Of a stretch of 64,000 nt of DNA, positions 19,205 through 30,076 are shown in pieces. The DNA is from Parcubacteria group bacterium GW2011_GWA2_42_14 (GTDB taxonomy: Bacteria > Patescibacteriota > Minisyncoccia > Sungbacterales > GWA2-42-14): positions 157-64,156 of the forward strand of contig LCCV01000005.1 in NCBI GenBank assembly GCA_000998135.1, given 5' to 3'. The position numbers and the translations under genes were made by a program. The notes beneath the pieces are model-generated. The model was not told where the DNA came from. It ran no database searches and was given only the letters and a program-made list of their open reading frames with translations. Numbering within the stretch: position 1 is the first letter of the stretch; every line of letters starts with the position of its first letter.

Positions 19205-19816
19205 TTAGGTCAGCGATTTTATATAATGACCGCTATACTCATCAAACTTAAACCCCATTCTTTTCGCGGTAACATCATAGCGCAATTTAAATTTTTTTTG
19301 CTCCCGCTCAACCCATAAGTCATCTCCAACCTTAGGACACCACTTATTCAAACGAGATGATTGCACCCAAATTTCTTTAAACCTATTACGATGCGCCCAT
19401 TGAGTAGCATAATCAAGAAGAAATTTTTCCCATCGTAAACGGGAGAGAAATATTTCTGTTCCTTTTTTGCCCTGAATTTGCCGCACACAAACACGGGATA
19501 ACTCGGGATAAATATCAAAGGCAATACACGCACAGGCCCCCCATAAGGTTCTTAAAACAAAAGCTTCATGGGCATCATAATAAAATCCCTGCGGTCCATA
19601 ATTGCTTTTTTCTGTTTTCCATCTGGTAACAAACAAAAAGGCAGTTTTATTTAAAGAATTGTTATCTTTTACAAACCGGGCAAGTTGATTTTTATTTATT
19701 TTCTTTAGGCCGCGAAAACGGGTAATCGGTCCAAAAATCTGGCAGAGAAACCATAAGATAAAGACAGGGGCGGGTATACCCAGCCAGATACCCAGGATAC
19801 AGTACCACCACGGCAT
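19205..19816 (-). CDS. Hypothetical protein with N-terminal TM, VirK/GNAT-like C-terminus
   Basis: 203 aa; VRQIQG and YD...MGF patterns. Confidence 0.5.
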   Translation of the reverse strand: MPWWYCILGIWLGIPAPVFILWFLCQIFGPITRFRGLKKINKNQLARFVKDNNSLNKTAFLFVTRWKTEKSNYGPQGFYYDAHEAFVLRTLWGACACIAFDIYPELSRVCVRQIQGKKGTEIFLSRLRWEKFLLDYATQWAHRNRFKEIWVQSSRLNKWCPKVGDDLWVEREQKKFKLRYDVTAKRMGFKFDEYSGHYIKSLT

Positions 19817-19980
19817 TTAAACACCCCTTTTAAAATTTCAAGGAAACGCTGAAATAAATTATATCATAAAACAATCAAGAAAGCAAGAGGTTTGGGGGCG
19901 AGTTCAAAAAAATGAGAAATTAGCAAATATTCATCTTAAAAACATTCCAACATTAAAAGAATTTAAACTAGGCCGAGCCA

Positions 19981-20622
19981 TTAATCATGATGTCCCGGCA
20001 GTACGGCTGCAGTTTTTTTAAATACAAAAAATTTGTAGCCGGTGAAATTCCAGGCTAAAGAAATCGGTATTCCGATTACCACGGCGACATTCATCCACGC
20101 TTCCGGGCCCATGCCCCCCTTGGGGCCGATGACATTTACGATTACATGAAACAGGCTGACATTTATAAAAGCTCCCGATAGGCTCACCACAAAAAATTCA
20201 ATATATTCTCTTACGGTTTTTTGATTACTGCCGGCTCCAAAAGTCCAATACTTATTCCAAAAGAAACTATTGGTAACAACCAAAGCAAAAGTAATGGCCG
20301 CAAAAATATCGGCCTGAAATCCGCTGGAAACCCCTGTCCAAAAAATAAAAATGTTTATGATGCCGAGATTGGCAATCGTATTGAAAACGCCGATAAGACC
20401 ATAACGGGCGAGCTGAAGCATAATCGGAATTTTTTTGCCGAGTTCAAAAAGCAGCCAATAACCGGTAGCGGTAGCGAAAGGAAGAACGATAGCGGCAAAA
20501 TATTTAAATTTCTCAATCCCGAGTTTGGCAAAAATTCCGATAACCCAATCAATAGGCAATAAAAAAATAAAAATCAGCTCCCCTAAAATTAAACTATTTA
20601 TAATGTCATTTTTTTTAAGCAT
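19981..20622 (-). CDS. GtrA family membrane protein
   Basis: RYGLIG..NT, NSFFWNKYWTF, WNFTGYKFFVF. Confidence 0.9.
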   Translation of the reverse strand: MLKKNDIINSLILGELIFIFLLPIDWVIGIFAKLGIEKFKYFAAIVLPFATATGYWLLFELGKKIPIMLQLARYGLIGVFNTIANLGIINIFIFWTGVSSGFQADIFAAITFALVVTNSFFWNKYWTFGAGSNQKTVREYIEFFVVSLSGAFINVSLFHVIVNVIGPKGGMGPEAWMNVAVVIGIPISLAWNFTGYKFFVFKKTAAVLPGHHD

Positions 20623-20642
20623 AAGGGTTTGTTTTTTTTAAT

Positions 20643-21467
20643 TTATTGTTTGAGCGCTATTTTTTCATTTCTCTCGCCTTCAATTAGCGCCATAAATGAA
20701 CGCATCACATAAATAAATCTTAATTGTCCTTCAATTTCCTCTTTTTCTTCGCTTCTTAACCCTTGAATATAAACCTTAAGCAATATGGTTATTTCTTCGC
20801 GGGCATATAAAATTTTATCATCAAGGATAGATAGTATAGTATCATAATCCCCTTTTGCCTCTCTCCCGTCAATAAAATTGTTAATAGCGGGAACTTCCGC
20901 TTTCAAACGCGATTCGTAACGTTTTTGTTCGTTTTCAAGTTCAGCGTTCTTCGCCGTTTCTTCAATATGGCGTTTTTCATCCTTAAACCATTCAATAATA
21001 TCGGCTCGGTCCGGCATGGCGTCAAAAAGTTCCGAATGAGAAAAAAAGAAATCTTCTGCTTCCTGATACCCTTTTTTATAAAGCCGCGCCATTTCAGAGT
21101 TATCCATATCGGTTTCATCCGGCATATCGCCGCTTTCTTTTTTTTCTTCAACACGGTTTCCGATTTTTTCAAGCGCCAACTGAACCGCTTCAATAAGCGC
21201 CAGAGGAATTAATATGTCTTTTTTCTTTAAATCTTCCTTAAGCGTTTTTGAAATATCCTCAATATAGACCTTACTGGGCAATTCGTGTTTTTCGGCAAGA
21301 TAGGCCATAAACTCTCCAAGGGCGTCTTCAAGCATAAGGCCAAATCCCTGAAATTTTATCTCAATTTCTTTTGGCGATTCGTTTATCAAGGGCTGGCCAA
21401 GTTCAATATCCTGCCCTTCCTCAAGAAGGTGGGGACGTCCTAAATTTTTTTCCTGGGAGTGGGACAT
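20643..21467 (-). CDS. Hypothetical acidic helical protein
   Basis: 274 aa ORF co-oriented with neighbours. Confidence 0.6.
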   Translation of the reverse strand: MSHSQEKNLGRPHLLEEGQDIELGQPLINESPKEIEIKFQGFGLMLEDALGEFMAYLAEKHELPSKVYIEDISKTLKEDLKKKDILIPLALIEAVQLALEKIGNRVEEKKESGDMPDETDMDNSEMARLYKKGYQEAEDFFFSHSELFDAMPDRADIIEWFKDEKRHIEETAKNAELENEQKRYESRLKAEVPAINNFIDGREAKGDYDTILSILDDKILYAREEITILLKVYIQGLRSEEKEEIEGQLRFIYVMRSFMALIEGERNEKIALKQ

Positions 21468-21495
21468 GACGATTTCCGGAAGAACCGGAATTATT

Positions 21496-23916
21496 TTAAG
21501 AATGCTTTTTAATAATTTCCTCCTCCACTTCTTCTCTTGGCTTGCCGTATTTAAGACGCGACAGTTCTTTGATTTTTTCCACGTTTTCGCGGAAAATCTG
21601 TCCAGACGGATATGTTTTCATGCTGAATGGCTCCGAAGTTTTGCCGTTTATAAGAAGTTTAGCATAACAGTTAAAATTATCAATGTTCAATAAGTCATGA
21701 CCGCTGAATACCGGTTGAAATTGTTTTTCCATAAATTCAGCGTCATCCGAACCGATGCGGAAAGCAATCATGGAGCCGACATTGCCGAAAACGGCTTTTT
21801 TAATATTTTCTTCAAGTTGCCCGATAAATTGATGCGAAATAACCAAATCCAAGCGATATTTTCTGGCTTCGGAAAGAATGGTGGCGATGGAAGGGGTCGT
21901 AACATTCTGAAATTCATCAAGATATAAATAAAAATCGCTGCGAGATTCTTCCGGAACATCGGTCCTGGACAAAGAAGCGATAAGCAATTTTCCAACAAGA
22001 ATCAGGCCCAAAAGCGATGAGTTTAATTCTCCCAATCTGCCCTTGGAAAGATTAATCAAAAGTATTTTTTTAGAATCCATTACTTCCCTGAAATTGAATG
22101 CGGATTTTTCCTGGACAATTATCGGACGCATAATTTCATTTGCCAGAAATGTGTCAAACTTGGAAGTAACATAAGGAACAATATTGGCCAGAGCCGATTC
22201 TCCTCCGGCTTTTTCCGCGATCTGCTCCCAAAAAGTTTTTACGATTATATTGGAGGTGCGCGATAATTTAAGTTCCCTGAAACTTGAATCGGACAAAACG
22301 CGTGATATTTCCATAAGCGTGTTTCCGCTTTCAGGATTATCCATTACCAAAAGGGTTGAATTCCTGAAATACTGCTCAAACATCGGACCCATGGATTCAG
22401 GAATGGCGCCGTATAATTTCTGAAAAATGCTGAAAAGTTCATTTACCACCATTGTTTTTTGTTCGGGGAATCGCTGGTCATACTCAAGCATGTTCAATCC
22501 AAGAGGCCGGGCAGTATCGGCAGGGTTAAAATAAATAACGTCGTCCAGACGATTTTCCGGGATATAGCCCAAAATTTCTTCAACCGTATCGCCGTGCGGG
22601 TCAATAAAGCAAGTTCCTTCACCTGATTCAATATCCTGCCTAATCATATTTTTCAGAAGGACCGATTTTCCGGTGCCTGTCTGGCCTACTGTATAAATAT
22701 GACGCCGGCGGTCTTCTTTTTGCAATTTTATTTCCGAAGAAATTCCTCTAAAGAAGTTAAATCCGAGAACCATGCCGGAAGAAGGCAAATTGGCCGGTGC
22801 AGACGCTTCTTTGGCCTTAAGAAATTCCACCTTGGGGGTCTCCAGCATAATATTGGGGAAATGAAAAAGACCGGTCATTTCTTCGCTGTTTAAAATCATT
22901 TTTTTTGATTCGTCAAAAACCCGGAAAGAGAATTTGTATATTAATTCCTTAAGGGATGAGCCGCTAACACGGTTTATGGCAAATTCGTTTGATGTCGGGT
23001 CGGCAAATTGAGCCAGGGCGGATTCCAGATTGCGCAAAATTTCCGACGCCCTTTTTTCATCCTTGGCCGACGCAAGCAAACGGATATTGGCCTCAAAAAG
23101 GTTTTTTTGCGTTTTCGCTTCCACCTTTTTTAGCAGTTCTTCTTCTCCCTGGGTCAATTTTTTCATTTTTTTTGCTTCCTCTTGCTGGGGAGAAGGGGGG
23201 GAAATTGTTTCCCGCATCATTTCAAAAAAACCGATGATTTTATTCCTGGGGCCTGACCTTATTTTTGCCCGCCCCTCCTGGACTTCTTTGGCAAAAGAAT
23301 GGATTTTTAATTTAAGGCCTCCGGGAGCGGGCCTGGCAACTATCTGGAAAGAGGCGCCTTCTCCCTCGCGGGCTAATTTGGAAAAAACATTGGTAACGGA
23401 GCGAAGGGGGTCGGTCGATATTTCCCTGTAGGTTTTTACCGGAAAAAAGAATTTACGCATCAGCTTAACTTCCGAAGCCGCCGTAACGCCTTCGGGATTG
23501 AAAATATTATAATCTTTTACCTGTTCAATGGAAGCGGAAGAAAAATTAGCGTGAATTATTTTTTCAAGGGATTCCGCGAACCTTTTGGGAACGGCCGCGT
23601 AAAAAGAAATTTCTTCTCCGATATGAGGCGTGGTAATTTCCAAAGCAAATGCCGGTTTGCCGTAAGCAAACGTATTCCACCAGGAATCATGAACGGACAT
23701 AAGATTGGCGTAAACATTTTCCATTACCGATATTTTTTCGCGGGCATGTTCTTGAGACATCTCTTCTTTTCTTATATCCTTGGGCAGGCGCACCAAAAAA
23801 AGGCGCAAATTTAAAGAGCGCCAGATTTCATCGCGTCTCGTGATTTTTTTAAGCATCCAAAAAAAACCAAAAGCCAGAATTCCGAGTATGATAAAAAAAA
23901 TTGTAATAAAAGTCAT
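21496..23916 (-). CDS. VirD4/TraD (HerA/FtsK-like) ATPase with N-terminal TM
   Basis: RRRHIY.VGQTGTGKS, IDPHGD, LYLDEFQN, SEARKY, HQ motifs. Confidence 0.9.
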   Translation of the reverse strand: MTFITIFFIILGILAFGFFWMLKKITRRDEIWRSLNLRLFLVRLPKDIRKEEMSQEHAREKISVMENVYANLMSVHDSWWNTFAYGKPAFALEITTPHIGEEISFYAAVPKRFAESLEKIIHANFSSASIEQVKDYNIFNPEGVTAASEVKLMRKFFFPVKTYREISTDPLRSVTNVFSKLAREGEGASFQIVARPAPGGLKLKIHSFAKEVQEGRAKIRSGPRNKIIGFFEMMRETISPPSPQQEEAKKMKKLTQGEEELLKKVEAKTQKNLFEANIRLLASAKDEKRASEILRNLESALAQFADPTSNEFAINRVSGSSLKELIYKFSFRVFDESKKMILNSEEMTGLFHFPNIMLETPKVEFLKAKEASAPANLPSSGMVLGFNFFRGISSEIKLQKEDRRRHIYTVGQTGTGKSVLLKNMIRQDIESGEGTCFIDPHGDTVEEILGYIPENRLDDVIYFNPADTARPLGLNMLEYDQRFPEQKTMVVNELFSIFQKLYGAIPESMGPMFEQYFRNSTLLVMDNPESGNTLMEISRVLSDSSFRELKLSRTSNIIVKTFWEQIAEKAGGESALANIVPYVTSKFDTFLANEIMRPIIVQEKSAFNFREVMDSKKILLINLSKGRLGELNSSLLGLILVGKLLIASLSRTDVPEESRSDFYLYLDEFQNVTTPSIATILSEARKYRLDLVISHQFIGQLEENIKKAVFGNVGSMIAFRIGSDDAEFMEKQFQPVFSGHDLLNIDNFNCYAKLLINGKTSEPFSMKTYPSGQIFRENVEKIKELSRLKYGKPREEVEEEIIKKHS

Positions 23917-23946
23917 GAGCTTTTGCTGTTTACGCGGTTTTTTAGA

Positions 23947-25311
23947 TTATTTGCTATTTTCCGTAACAGGATTAAGAATATAAAAATCGTTACCATTTTT
24001 ATCTTTTTTTATCCCGCCAACCCGTACGGCAACGTTCTTTTGTCCTATTTTCGGCTTCCAGCCCTTAGGAAAAATTGAAAAAACGTCGGCAAGATAACTT
24101 ATGTATGAATCCCCCTGTTGTTTCAGAGACACCTGAAAAATTCCCCGCCGCTCAACTTCATCCATGGTAAAAAGGGCTTTTAATTTAGGAGACGGCGTAT
24201 CATGATAACCGAGTTTACCGAGTATCTCTTTTAAAGATAAGGTGAGACGCAAGCCGTCCCACGATGGTTTAATATGGATTTGCTTACGAACCGTAACGCC
24301 TTCTTCAAAATCAACATTCAATTCTTTCTCCTTCATTGAAAGAACGAAGTTATTCATCTCAGGCGACCACGCCAAATACCCGTCGGCTCCCGCGGCATAC
24401 GCGGCGGCATACCCGCCTTTTAATTTATTTTCCGGACTTACCAGTATCACGCCCATATCGGTTTTGACGAAAAATCCGTCTTTTTCCAATTCGGGCAGAA
24501 TATTTTTTGTCTGATTGATATTCTCTTCCTGGTCCTTTTGGTAATTTTTCATCGTTTGAATGGGTTTGCCTTCCTGTTTTCGCTTTAAAAATGATGGCGG
24601 AAGAAATTCATCCGCTGACCATTTCTCAATGTCCGCGTCAGTTACTTCGTCGTCAAAACTTCTTCCCGAAAGAAAGAAATCATAGACCTGTTTGAAATTC
24701 ATAAAACGGTTCAGGCCGATAAGGGTCTTATGCGACTGCCAATATTCTTTTTGCCAATCAAAATCGCCGGATTCAACTTTTTTATTGAACTCGACGATTT
24801 TGTCCAACACTGGATTTTTTTTTATAAATTTCAACTCTACCAACGCCTGATACATGAACTCTGCGGAAGAAGAAAGGCGTTTACTTTCTTTGCCGTGGTT
24901 ATCGCACCAGGCCGTTATTCGCGCCAGTTCATCTTTCATGAAATCTCCTTCCACCGAAAAGCCATGATGGTTGCCTGTATCAATATTCAAAAAACCAAGT
25001 TCACTTTTGCCCGGAAGAATATATTTTGTCTTGGAAGTATCGAACCCGCCGACCTCAAGAAGCCCCAGTGAGACTTTTCCGTCCAGATCGGTAAAGGATT
25101 TAACAATGCGCCGATCTCGGTCCCAGATGCCTGAAACCGCAAAATCTTGCAGGAGTTTTGGAGCAAGATTTCTGAACTCCTCACTGTTGATGATTTCATG
25201 AAATGCTTTCGAATCTTCAAACATCAATTCACCCGGCTTTAGCCTGGAAAAAATAAAATAGCCGAGTTGTTCGCCGGGAGTAAATTCTTTTTTTTCTATT
25301 TTTTCAGTCAT
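23947..25311 (-). CDS. Hypothetical protein
   Basis: 454 aa ORF; TDLDG and WCDNH motifs faintly DHH-like. Confidence 0.6.
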   Translation of the reverse strand: MTEKIEKKEFTPGEQLGYFIFSRLKPGELMFEDSKAFHEIINSEEFRNLAPKLLQDFAVSGIWDRDRRIVKSFTDLDGKVSLGLLEVGGFDTSKTKYILPGKSELGFLNIDTGNHHGFSVEGDFMKDELARITAWCDNHGKESKRLSSSAEFMYQALVELKFIKKNPVLDKIVEFNKKVESGDFDWQKEYWQSHKTLIGLNRFMNFKQVYDFFLSGRSFDDEVTDADIEKWSADEFLPPSFLKRKQEGKPIQTMKNYQKDQEENINQTKNILPELEKDGFFVKTDMGVILVSPENKLKGGYAAAYAAGADGYLAWSPEMNNFVLSMKEKELNVDFEEGVTVRKQIHIKPSWDGLRLTLSLKEILGKLGYHDTPSPKLKALFTMDEVERRGIFQVSLKQQGDSYISYLADVFSIFPKGWKPKIGQKNVAVRVGGIKKDKNGNDFYILNPVTENSK

Positions 25312-25314
25312 AGA

Positions 25315-25737
25315 TCAAAATTCTTTTAATTTCTGACTCTGCACGAGTTTTTGATAATATTCATCAACCAAACGGTCATGCAATTCATCCAAAAGCCACG
25401 GAGTCATGTTTTCGGCCAGGGTTACGGCATCCAGCAGCCCTTTTTCAAAAGAAATGCCTATCAGATGTTCCAGTTGTTCATGGCGTTCTTTTTGCTTGAG
25501 CTCGTCGGCTTGGCGTTTTTGTTCATCGGAAACTGCCGCCGGCAATTGGACTGCCGGTGGCGGCAATAACGGTTTTTTGGCTCCAACATATTCCTTAAAT
25601 ACCTCCCGAAACACCTCTTTGGGCTCTTTTTCAATACCCTTTTCCTCCATCGTCTTTCGTTTTTCAGCCAAAAGCCATTCTAATTCGCGGATTTCCTCTT
25701 CCGGCGTTTTTTCAGTTTTTTGGCTTGGTTCCTGCAT
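25315..25737 (-). CDS. Conserved hypothetical protein
   Basis: 140 aa; PWLLDELHDRL motif. Confidence 0.65.
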   Translation of the reverse strand: MQEPSQKTEKTPEEEIRELEWLLAEKRKTMEEKGIEKEPKEVFREVFKEYVGAKKPLLPPPAVQLPAAVSDEQKRQADELKQKERHEQLEHLIGISFEKGLLDAVTLAENMTPWLLDELHDRLVDEYYQKLVQSQKLKEF

Positions 25738-25779
25738 ACCGATAATTATACCAAAAATACGATAAAATTAAAAAACAGC

Positions 25780-26310
25780 TTAGAGTTTTCTAAGCCGTTC
25801 AAGAAGGATTTTATATGTTTTTTTCCAGATTTTGCCGTGTTCATCTTTCTCATCCCAAGTAATAACATGGGAAAATTCATGCGCGAGAAGATTGTCTAAA
25901 TATTCATTATTGCGGTTAATACTGTTTTTGTTAATAACAATACAGGAAGTTTCCGTCAGCGCGTCATAATAAGAAATATTTTCTACAACCCCGATCCTTA
26001 CCGAAAACATTGATTCTTTTAGAAAACCCAGGCGCCGACTAACATTGATAAGAAATTCCACGCGCTCTTTTATATACGGCGCTTTTCCGAGCCATGCCGG
26101 ATCATCTGACCCGAGAATAATTACCTCATCACCAGGAGAAGAATCTAGAAGATATAATTTATGAAAGACCTTATTGACTTCATAATTGCTCTTTTTCAGT
26201 CTTAGGTTTATTTTTAAAAACCAAATAAGTAATAAAATCAAACCGGCCAGCCACGCAAGAAAAACCGTAAAAAATAAAATCAAGAGCCGCCTCTTCTTTC
26301 CGGGCCTCAA
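25780..26310 (-). CDS. Membrane-anchored SprT-like/zincin metalloprotease
   Basis: HEFSH (HExxH) and HGxxW; N-terminal TM. Confidence 0.7.
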   Translation of the reverse strand: MRPGKKRRLLILFFTVFLAWLAGLILLLIWFLKINLRLKKSNYEVNKVFHKLYLLDSSPGDEVIILGSDDPAWLGKAPYIKERVEFLINVSRRLGFLKESMFSVRIGVVENISYYDALTETSCIVINKNSINRNNEYLDNLLAHEFSHVITWDEKDEHGKIWKKTYKILLERLRKL

Positions 26311-26426
26311 CAGTAGTTAACCGGATTTTATATTAAATATTCAATAGTGTCAAGGAATAAAGTTTTGACAAACAAGCTGGTCGGTATTCATCAAGGGAGA
26401 ATGAAGATTTATTCTTTCGGACGAAA

Positions 26427-28184
26427 TTAAAAATTTTGGAACACGTAAAATTCCGCCTCCGGCGGGAGAATTTTAAATTCCGGAAATTTTTCTCTTATTT
26501 CTTGGACGAGATCCTTGTCAAAAGGGTTAAGAAGTATAATGATAGACTGCTTTTTTTTATCTATTAATCCCAAAACGCCCGGAAGAATATAAAAAATATT
26601 TTTTTCTTTTCTTGACGTCTCGCGGTATGAATCGGTAAGAAACATTACGGTTTGGGCGGGCATGGGGACTCCGTTAACATTAACACCGTCCATGTTTACA
26701 ATAATATATTTATTAATTTCCCGGGGTGATGAAGCCATGTACTCGCCTATCCGGTATAATCCGGTGGAAAATTCAAAATAAGTTTTGGCGTGTCCCGAGA
26801 ATTTTTTAAAATATGTATCGTAGGTATTTACGACGGCAAAAATTATAAAAAATGCAATAAATATTACTGCTCCCCGGCGAACTCGCCAATGTTCATGATT
26901 AAGGCGTTCTTTCCCGTCATAAAACAAATGGAAGCGATAAAAGAGCTGATGCAAAAGAAAACTTGAACCGAGCCCCGCAAAAATAAAAACCGGAACAATA
27001 AGACCGATAGAACGAATGGCGTGAGGGATGCCTTCTTTGGTTAAAGTTGACGGAAGCATCATTACCAAAAACCAAACCATAATAAACAGATGCGGAAATA
27101 CGGATATGCCGTTTGGAGTTTTGCTAAAAGAATTTTTCATCCAGCGCCATATTCGGGAAAAAGAGTAATAAACACCGGCAAGAAACAATATTCCAACCGG
27201 CCAGAAAAGTTCCGGCTCGCAGTTAAAATTATGGCGCTGGTTGCAATCGCCTCTTACATTAAACATTCCCAAAGTTTTAATATTGGAAATTGCGAATTCT
27301 TTCAAAGGGTTTTCCGAAGAAAAAATTGAAACTTGCGATTGCCTTCCCATAAAATCTTCGGGATGATTCAAGAAGTACCAGCCGATGGGCAAGGCAACAA
27401 CAAAAGTTATGAGCAGGAATAAAACAATAATGCACGAAACACAGGTTTTTGTTGTAGGTTGCAGGTTGTGGGTTGTAGGTTGTGCTTTATGCCATTGCCA
27501 CAGCTTCCACCCCGACACAAAAATCAATATCAACGGAACTAAACGAAAGGCGATATAGGTATGAAATCCCAAACCAATAAAAATTCCGGTCAAGACAGCA
27601 GTTAAAATTTTTCCGGTTCTAAAAACTTTTAAAAGAAAATAAAATCCGAAAGCCAGAAAAAACGGCACCATTATCGCCCGAAATCCTATTCGCGAAAAAT
27701 TAATATGCCAATAGCTTGTTGCCAGAAAAAAGGACGACAATGTTGCTACCCAAAGGCCGTGCGGAAGAAAAGTATCAAAGGTGACAGATTCTTTCGTTTC
27801 TTTTTCAACCGTATGATTATAATTCCGGAATAATTCATAAACCAATAAAAAGAAACCGAGTATGGTGAGAGTTCCAAAAAAACCGGAAACAACTCGTAGG
27901 GCCCAGGCATTATTGCCAAAAAACCAAAGGGAAACTGCCTGTAAATTTATAAAAAGCCCTTCTCTGCCGTTATTTTCCGGATAAAAAATCTTAAACTCTC
28001 CGGTTTTTAACGCTTCCAGCGCGTTATTCCCATTTATGGCTTCATCCGGATAAAGCCCGGGCGGAATTTCGGTAATTTTATAAAAACGAAAAAAAACTCC
28101 TACCACGAGGATTAAAATTATAATAATTATTTTTTTATTGCGATTAATAATATTTGTTATTGATATCATATATTCTTTATCCAA
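26427..28184 (-). CDS. Glycosyltransferase family 39 (ArnT/PMT-like)
   Basis: PPGLYPDEA, WHINFSR, multiple TM helices. Confidence 0.85.
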   Translation of the reverse strand: MDKEYMISITNIINRNKKIIIIILILVVGVFFRFYKITEIPPGLYPDEAINGNNALEALKTGEFKIFYPENNGREGLFINLQAVSLWFFGNNAWALRVVSGFFGTLTILGFFLLVYELFRNYNHTVEKETKESVTFDTFLPHGLWVATLSSFFLATSYWHINFSRIGFRAIMVPFFLAFGFYFLLKVFRTGKILTAVLTGIFIGLGFHTYIAFRLVPLILIFVSGWKLWQWHKAQPTTHNLQPTTKTCVSCIIVLFLLITFVVALPIGWYFLNHPEDFMGRQSQVSIFSSENPLKEFAISNIKTLGMFNVRGDCNQRHNFNCEPELFWPVGILFLAGVYYSFSRIWRWMKNSFSKTPNGISVFPHLFIMVWFLVMMLPSTLTKEGIPHAIRSIGLIVPVFIFAGLGSSFLLHQLFYRFHLFYDGKERLNHEHWRVRRGAVIFIAFFIIFAVVNTYDTYFKKFSGHAKTYFEFSTGLYRIGEYMASSPREINKYIIVNMDGVNVNGVPMPAQTVMFLTDSYRETSRKEKNIFYILPGVLGLIDKKKQSIIILLNPFDKDLVQEIREKFPEFKILPPEAEFYVFQNF

Positions 28185-28348
28185 AATATCCCTAGACCGT
28201 CCAAAAATGCCAAAAAGTTACTCCCTAAGCCTGTCGAAGGGTAACTTTTTGGCTTATGTCATGTAGGCCTTCGACAAGCTCAGGCAATATATTAAAGTTT
28301 TCGGACGGTCCGGCAAAGCTCCATATTTATTATACCGCGAATAATGAT

Positions 28349-30025
28349 TTAACGAAAACGAATAGGAATACGAAGTTCATCGTAATTTTCCGGCAATCCC
28401 GACGGATTATCTTTTTCCAGAATCAGTTCGCCCGACGCCGTATCCGGCATTTTAAATTCTAGGGTCGCGCGAAACGGAACAAAATCCGTTGTCATCCATT
28501 CGGATAACGCCTCGGCGTGTCCCCGAAAAATCTCCTTGCTATTGCCGTCAACAAGCCGCACCGGAAACGAAGCTTCAAAAAACCAATTGCCTCTCGCCTC
28601 GCCTTCAATAACCAGCGGGCTTTTTACAATTTTTCCCGGCAATGGTGTCTTAACTTTAATTAGATTTGATTTATCGCCTACTCGGGGCTTGCCGCTTTGA
28701 TAAATTATCTTATATATTACTCCGGCTTTGTCGTCGGAAAGAAACATCTCGCCCTTGGAATTAAAAATAATGTCAACCGGCCTCCCCAAAGCGCCTTCTT
28801 GGACAAGCCAACCGGTTATAAAATCTTCAACTCCCTGATAATTTCCATTTGCGTCAAATTTATGCCGGACGACTTTATAGCCGATTGGATCAGAACGATT
28901 CCATGAACCGTGGTAAGCAACCAAAAGATCATACCAATAATCTTCCGGCCAAGCTTGCCCTGAGCCTATCGAATGGGTGCCATTAGATACAAAAGCAAGG
29001 CCGAGAGGGGCAGAATGCGCCGGAATATCAATAAAGCTTGGTAATTCAAACGGCTCCATGCATGGGTTTCTAATATAGGTATTTTTATCAAAATCAGTGT
29101 CGTGAATATTTTTTCCGTAACAAATCGGCCAACCAAAATTCGGAATCGAATTTTGTTCTGAGTTTATTGAAGAATCTCTGATAATATTAATTTCATCCGG
29201 CGGCAAATTATCTCCCAGCCAATCGCGTCCCATTTCCGTTACCCACATTTCATTTTGAGCTTTATACCCATTATTTGCGGTGAGCCGGGTTAAACCATCT
29301 TGTGGTGAGCTTGTCGAACCATTCCAAACAAAAAATATGGCATTACGAAGGCCTTTCGCAAAAATCTTTGAAATTTTGGTCTGTATATCATACTGAATTA
29401 TACTTGCTCTTCTTTCAATCTCTTCGTTACAGACATTACAGCTTGAACCGACGGAAATATACAATTTATTATCAGGGCCAAATCCAATAGTGCGGGTAAA
29501 ATGCCCTTCTCCCAACGGCAAAGACAAAACGTCTTCGCCCAAGTCGTCAGAATAAACGGTTATTCTGCGAACACGATTTTCCTCGGCTATATACAGCAAA
29601 AAGGGATTATTCGGGTCAAACGCCAAGCCGTGCGGTTTACGCAAACCATTAAAAATATCATCCTGATGCAAAACTTTTCCTGTACCGCGGTCTATTTCAA
29701 GAAGCGTTATTGCCCCCTTGCCGGTGCGGCTCACCCACATATTGCCGAAAGTATCAAAACGCATAACCCTTGCTCCGGCAAGATTTTTGGCAAAAATTGA
29801 TATGGTGAAACCATCCGGAAGCTTAAGCGGAAAATTAGTTTCATTGATTGCTTCAGACGGTACTGTGTCTTCCGGAAGATATTCGGCAATATCCTTTGGA
29901 GGCGCGAAAATCGCCGGAGAAATACCTCTGAAATATTTTTTATAAATTCCAGAGCCGGCTAAAACAAAAAACAATGCTGCGAATAAAAAAATTATAAAAA
30001 CTTTTCGCGATATATTTCGCGCCAT
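28349..30025 (-). CDS. PQQ-dependent sugar/sorbosone dehydrogenase with C-terminal Gmad2 Ig-like domain
   Basis: VGSSCNVC, GLRNA, GRDWLGD.LPPDE, AHSAPLG, HGSWNRS; GEARGNWFFEASF and DNPSG. Confidence 0.9.
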   Translation of the reverse strand: MARNISRKVFIIFLFAALFFVLAGSGIYKKYFRGISPAIFAPPKDIAEYLPEDTVPSEAINETNFPLKLPDGFTISIFAKNLAGARVMRFDTFGNMWVSRTGKGAITLLEIDRGTGKVLHQDDIFNGLRKPHGLAFDPNNPFLLYIAEENRVRRITVYSDDLGEDVLSLPLGEGHFTRTIGFGPDNKLYISVGSSCNVCNEEIERRASIIQYDIQTKISKIFAKGLRNAIFFVWNGSTSSPQDGLTRLTANNGYKAQNEMWVTEMGRDWLGDNLPPDEINIIRDSSINSEQNSIPNFGWPICYGKNIHDTDFDKNTYIRNPCMEPFELPSFIDIPAHSAPLGLAFVSNGTHSIGSGQAWPEDYWYDLLVAYHGSWNRSDPIGYKVVRHKFDANGNYQGVEDFITGWLVQEGALGRPVDIIFNSKGEMFLSDDKAGVIYKIIYQSGKPRVGDKSNLIKVKTPLPGKIVKSPLVIEGEARGNWFFEASFPVRLVDGNSKEIFRGHAEALSEWMTTDFVPFRATLEFKMPDTASGELILEKDNPSGLPENYDELRIPIRFR

Positions 30026-30038
30026 AAAAATGTCTTTA

Positions 30039-30076
30039 AAAACATTCTCATATTCTTAAGAATATGAGAATGTTTT
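30039..30076. repeat. AT-rich palindrome 1 (AAAACATTCTCATATTC-TTAA-GAATATGAGAATGTTTT)
   Basis: Perfect palindrome overlapping the ArsR stop; related copies at ~30368-30406 and ~31481-31520. Confidence 0.8.

Noticed and set aside
21496-23916. VirD4-like gene as a conjugative element
   Set aside because: No relaxase or other T4SS genes; such ATPases are common chromosomal genes in CPR.
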